A stretch of DNA of 64,000 nt from Spirochaetia bacterium (GTDB lineage Bacteria > Spirochaetota > Spirochaetia > SZUA-6 > Bin103), in NCBI GenBank assembly GCA_965203515.1, contig OZ241907.1, positions 3,808,001-3,872,000 on the forward strand, written 5' to 3'. Positions 62,983 through 64,000 of the stretch are shown here, one piece after another. A model generated the notes under the pieces. It did not search any database. It saw only the letters and a list, made by a program, of their open reading frames with translations, and had not been told where the DNA came from. A program made the position numbers and the translations under genes. Each line of letters opens with the position of its first letter. Positions within the stretch are counted from its first letter, which is position 1.

Positions 62983-64000
62983 TGCGCTGGCGCTACCTGA
63001 GGTGGGACGATTCGCTGGCCGCCGCCGTGGCCGCCTTCGAGGATCTGCTCAGCCTGTTCAACTTCCTGCTGCTGCAGGCGGCCGGCGACGTCGACCGGGT
63101 GCTGCAGTGGATGCGCTACCTGCAGGAGCGCGGCATGATCGGCGCGGACGTCGACCTGGAGCAATTCCGGGAGCGGCTGGAGGCGGAGAACCTGATCGAG
63201 CGCGACGGCGAAGGCGGCTTCGCCCTGACCGCGCGCGGCGAGCAACGCATCCGCAAGGAATCGCTGGCGCTGGTCTTCCGCAACCTGGCGAAGGGCGGCT
63301 TCGGACAGCACCGCGTGCCGCACACCGGCGAAGGCGGCGAGCGCACTACCGAGACGCGCGGCTACCGCCCCGGCGATCCCATCACGCAGATCGACGCGCT
63401 GGGAACGATCAGCAATGCCGTCAAGCGGGGCGGACTCGACGACATCACGCTCCGGGAACAGGACTTCGAAGTCTACGAGAGCGAGCACCTGTCGTCGTGC
63501 GCCACCGTGCTGCTGATCGACATCAGTCACAGCATGATCCTGTACGGCGAAGATCGGATCACTCCGGCCAAGCAGGTGGCGCTGGCGCTGGCCGAGCTGA
63601 TCATGACGCAATATCCGCGCGACAGCCTGCACGTCGCCTGCTTCGGCGACGACGCCCGGCTGATCGACGTCGGCAGCATCCCCTACTTGCGGGTGGGGCC
63701 GTACCACACCAACACCAAGGCGGGGCTGCAGCTCGCGCAGTCGGTGCTGCGCTCCGAGCGCCACGCCAACAAGCAGGTCTTCATGATCACCGACGGCAAA
63801 CCGTCGGCGATCTTCGAAGACGGACGCATCTACAAGAACTCCTTCGGGCTCGACCCCCGGATCGTCAACCAGACCCTGGACGAGGCGGCCGAGTGCAAGC
63901 GCTACGGCATCGTGATCACCACCTTCATGGTGACGGAGGACCCGTATCTGGTGGAGTTCGTGGAGAAGCTGTCGCAGATCAATCGCGGGCGCGCGTACTA
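62982..64000 (+). CDS. VWA-domain protein (partial, runs off the right edge)
   Basis: TGATG coupling to the ATPase; MIDAS DISHS, TNT, ITDGKP. Confidence 0.85.
   Translation, partial: MRWRYLRWDDSLAAAVAAFEDLLSLFNFLLLQAAGDVDRVLQWMRYLQERGMIGADVDLEQFRERLEAENLIERDGEGGFALTARGEQRIRKESLALVFRNLAKGGFGQHRVPHTGEGGERTTETRGYRPGDPITQIDALGTISNAVKRGGLDDITLREQDFEVYESEHLSSCATVLLIDISHSMILYGEDRITPAKQVALALAELIMTQYPRDSLHVACFGDDARLIDVGSIPYLRVGPYHTNTKAGLQLAQSVLRSERHANKQVFMITDGKPSAIFEDGRIYKNSFGLDPRIVNQTLDEAAECKRYGIVITTFMVTEDPYLVEFVEKLSQINRGRAY

Overview
High-GC bacterial window, mostly coding. It holds housekeeping and nutrient-uptake genes plus three accessory patches. The uptake and housekeeping genes are: two Asp-box sialidase-like genes behind a family-5 (Opp/Dpp) ABC transporter; ogt, clpA-clpS and an ATP-dependent DNA ligase; an HpcH-type aldolase; two arylsulfate sulfotransferases; rhamnose-like and BMP/nucleoside ABC transporters; a second Opp set; Memo (AmmeMemoRadiSam B); mog; a PLP dehydratase; an FAD/Fe-S oxidoreductase; acnA; and an AAA+VWA pair. 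Accessory patch 1 (about 55-2490) is an ABC-type ATPase plus a truncated TOPRIM-like (DUF4276-like) gene, bracketed by a duplicated 3' end of a LamG-like gene. Patch 2 (29.3-33.7 kb) has two near-identical AAA-ATPase/PD-(D/E)XK genes, one a pseudogene, flanking a lipoprotein with phage-like repeats and a C15 tract in its leader. Patch 3 (40.8-53.9 kb) is a decaying defence island: a truncated DrmD-like SNF2 helicase, an AlbA/Schlafen protein, an Rpn nuclease with a probable intragenic antitoxin, a STAND-wHTH-TPR protein, an internally deleted DEAH helicase whose tail is DUF1998-like + Vsr-like nuclease + LexA-type S24 peptidase with an apparently intact Ala-Gly site, and an AAA-PDDEXK_9 gene. 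Many genes look leaderless. I found no rRNA, tRNA, CRISPR array, integrase or reverse transcriptase. All family calls come from motif recognition by eye, not database searches.
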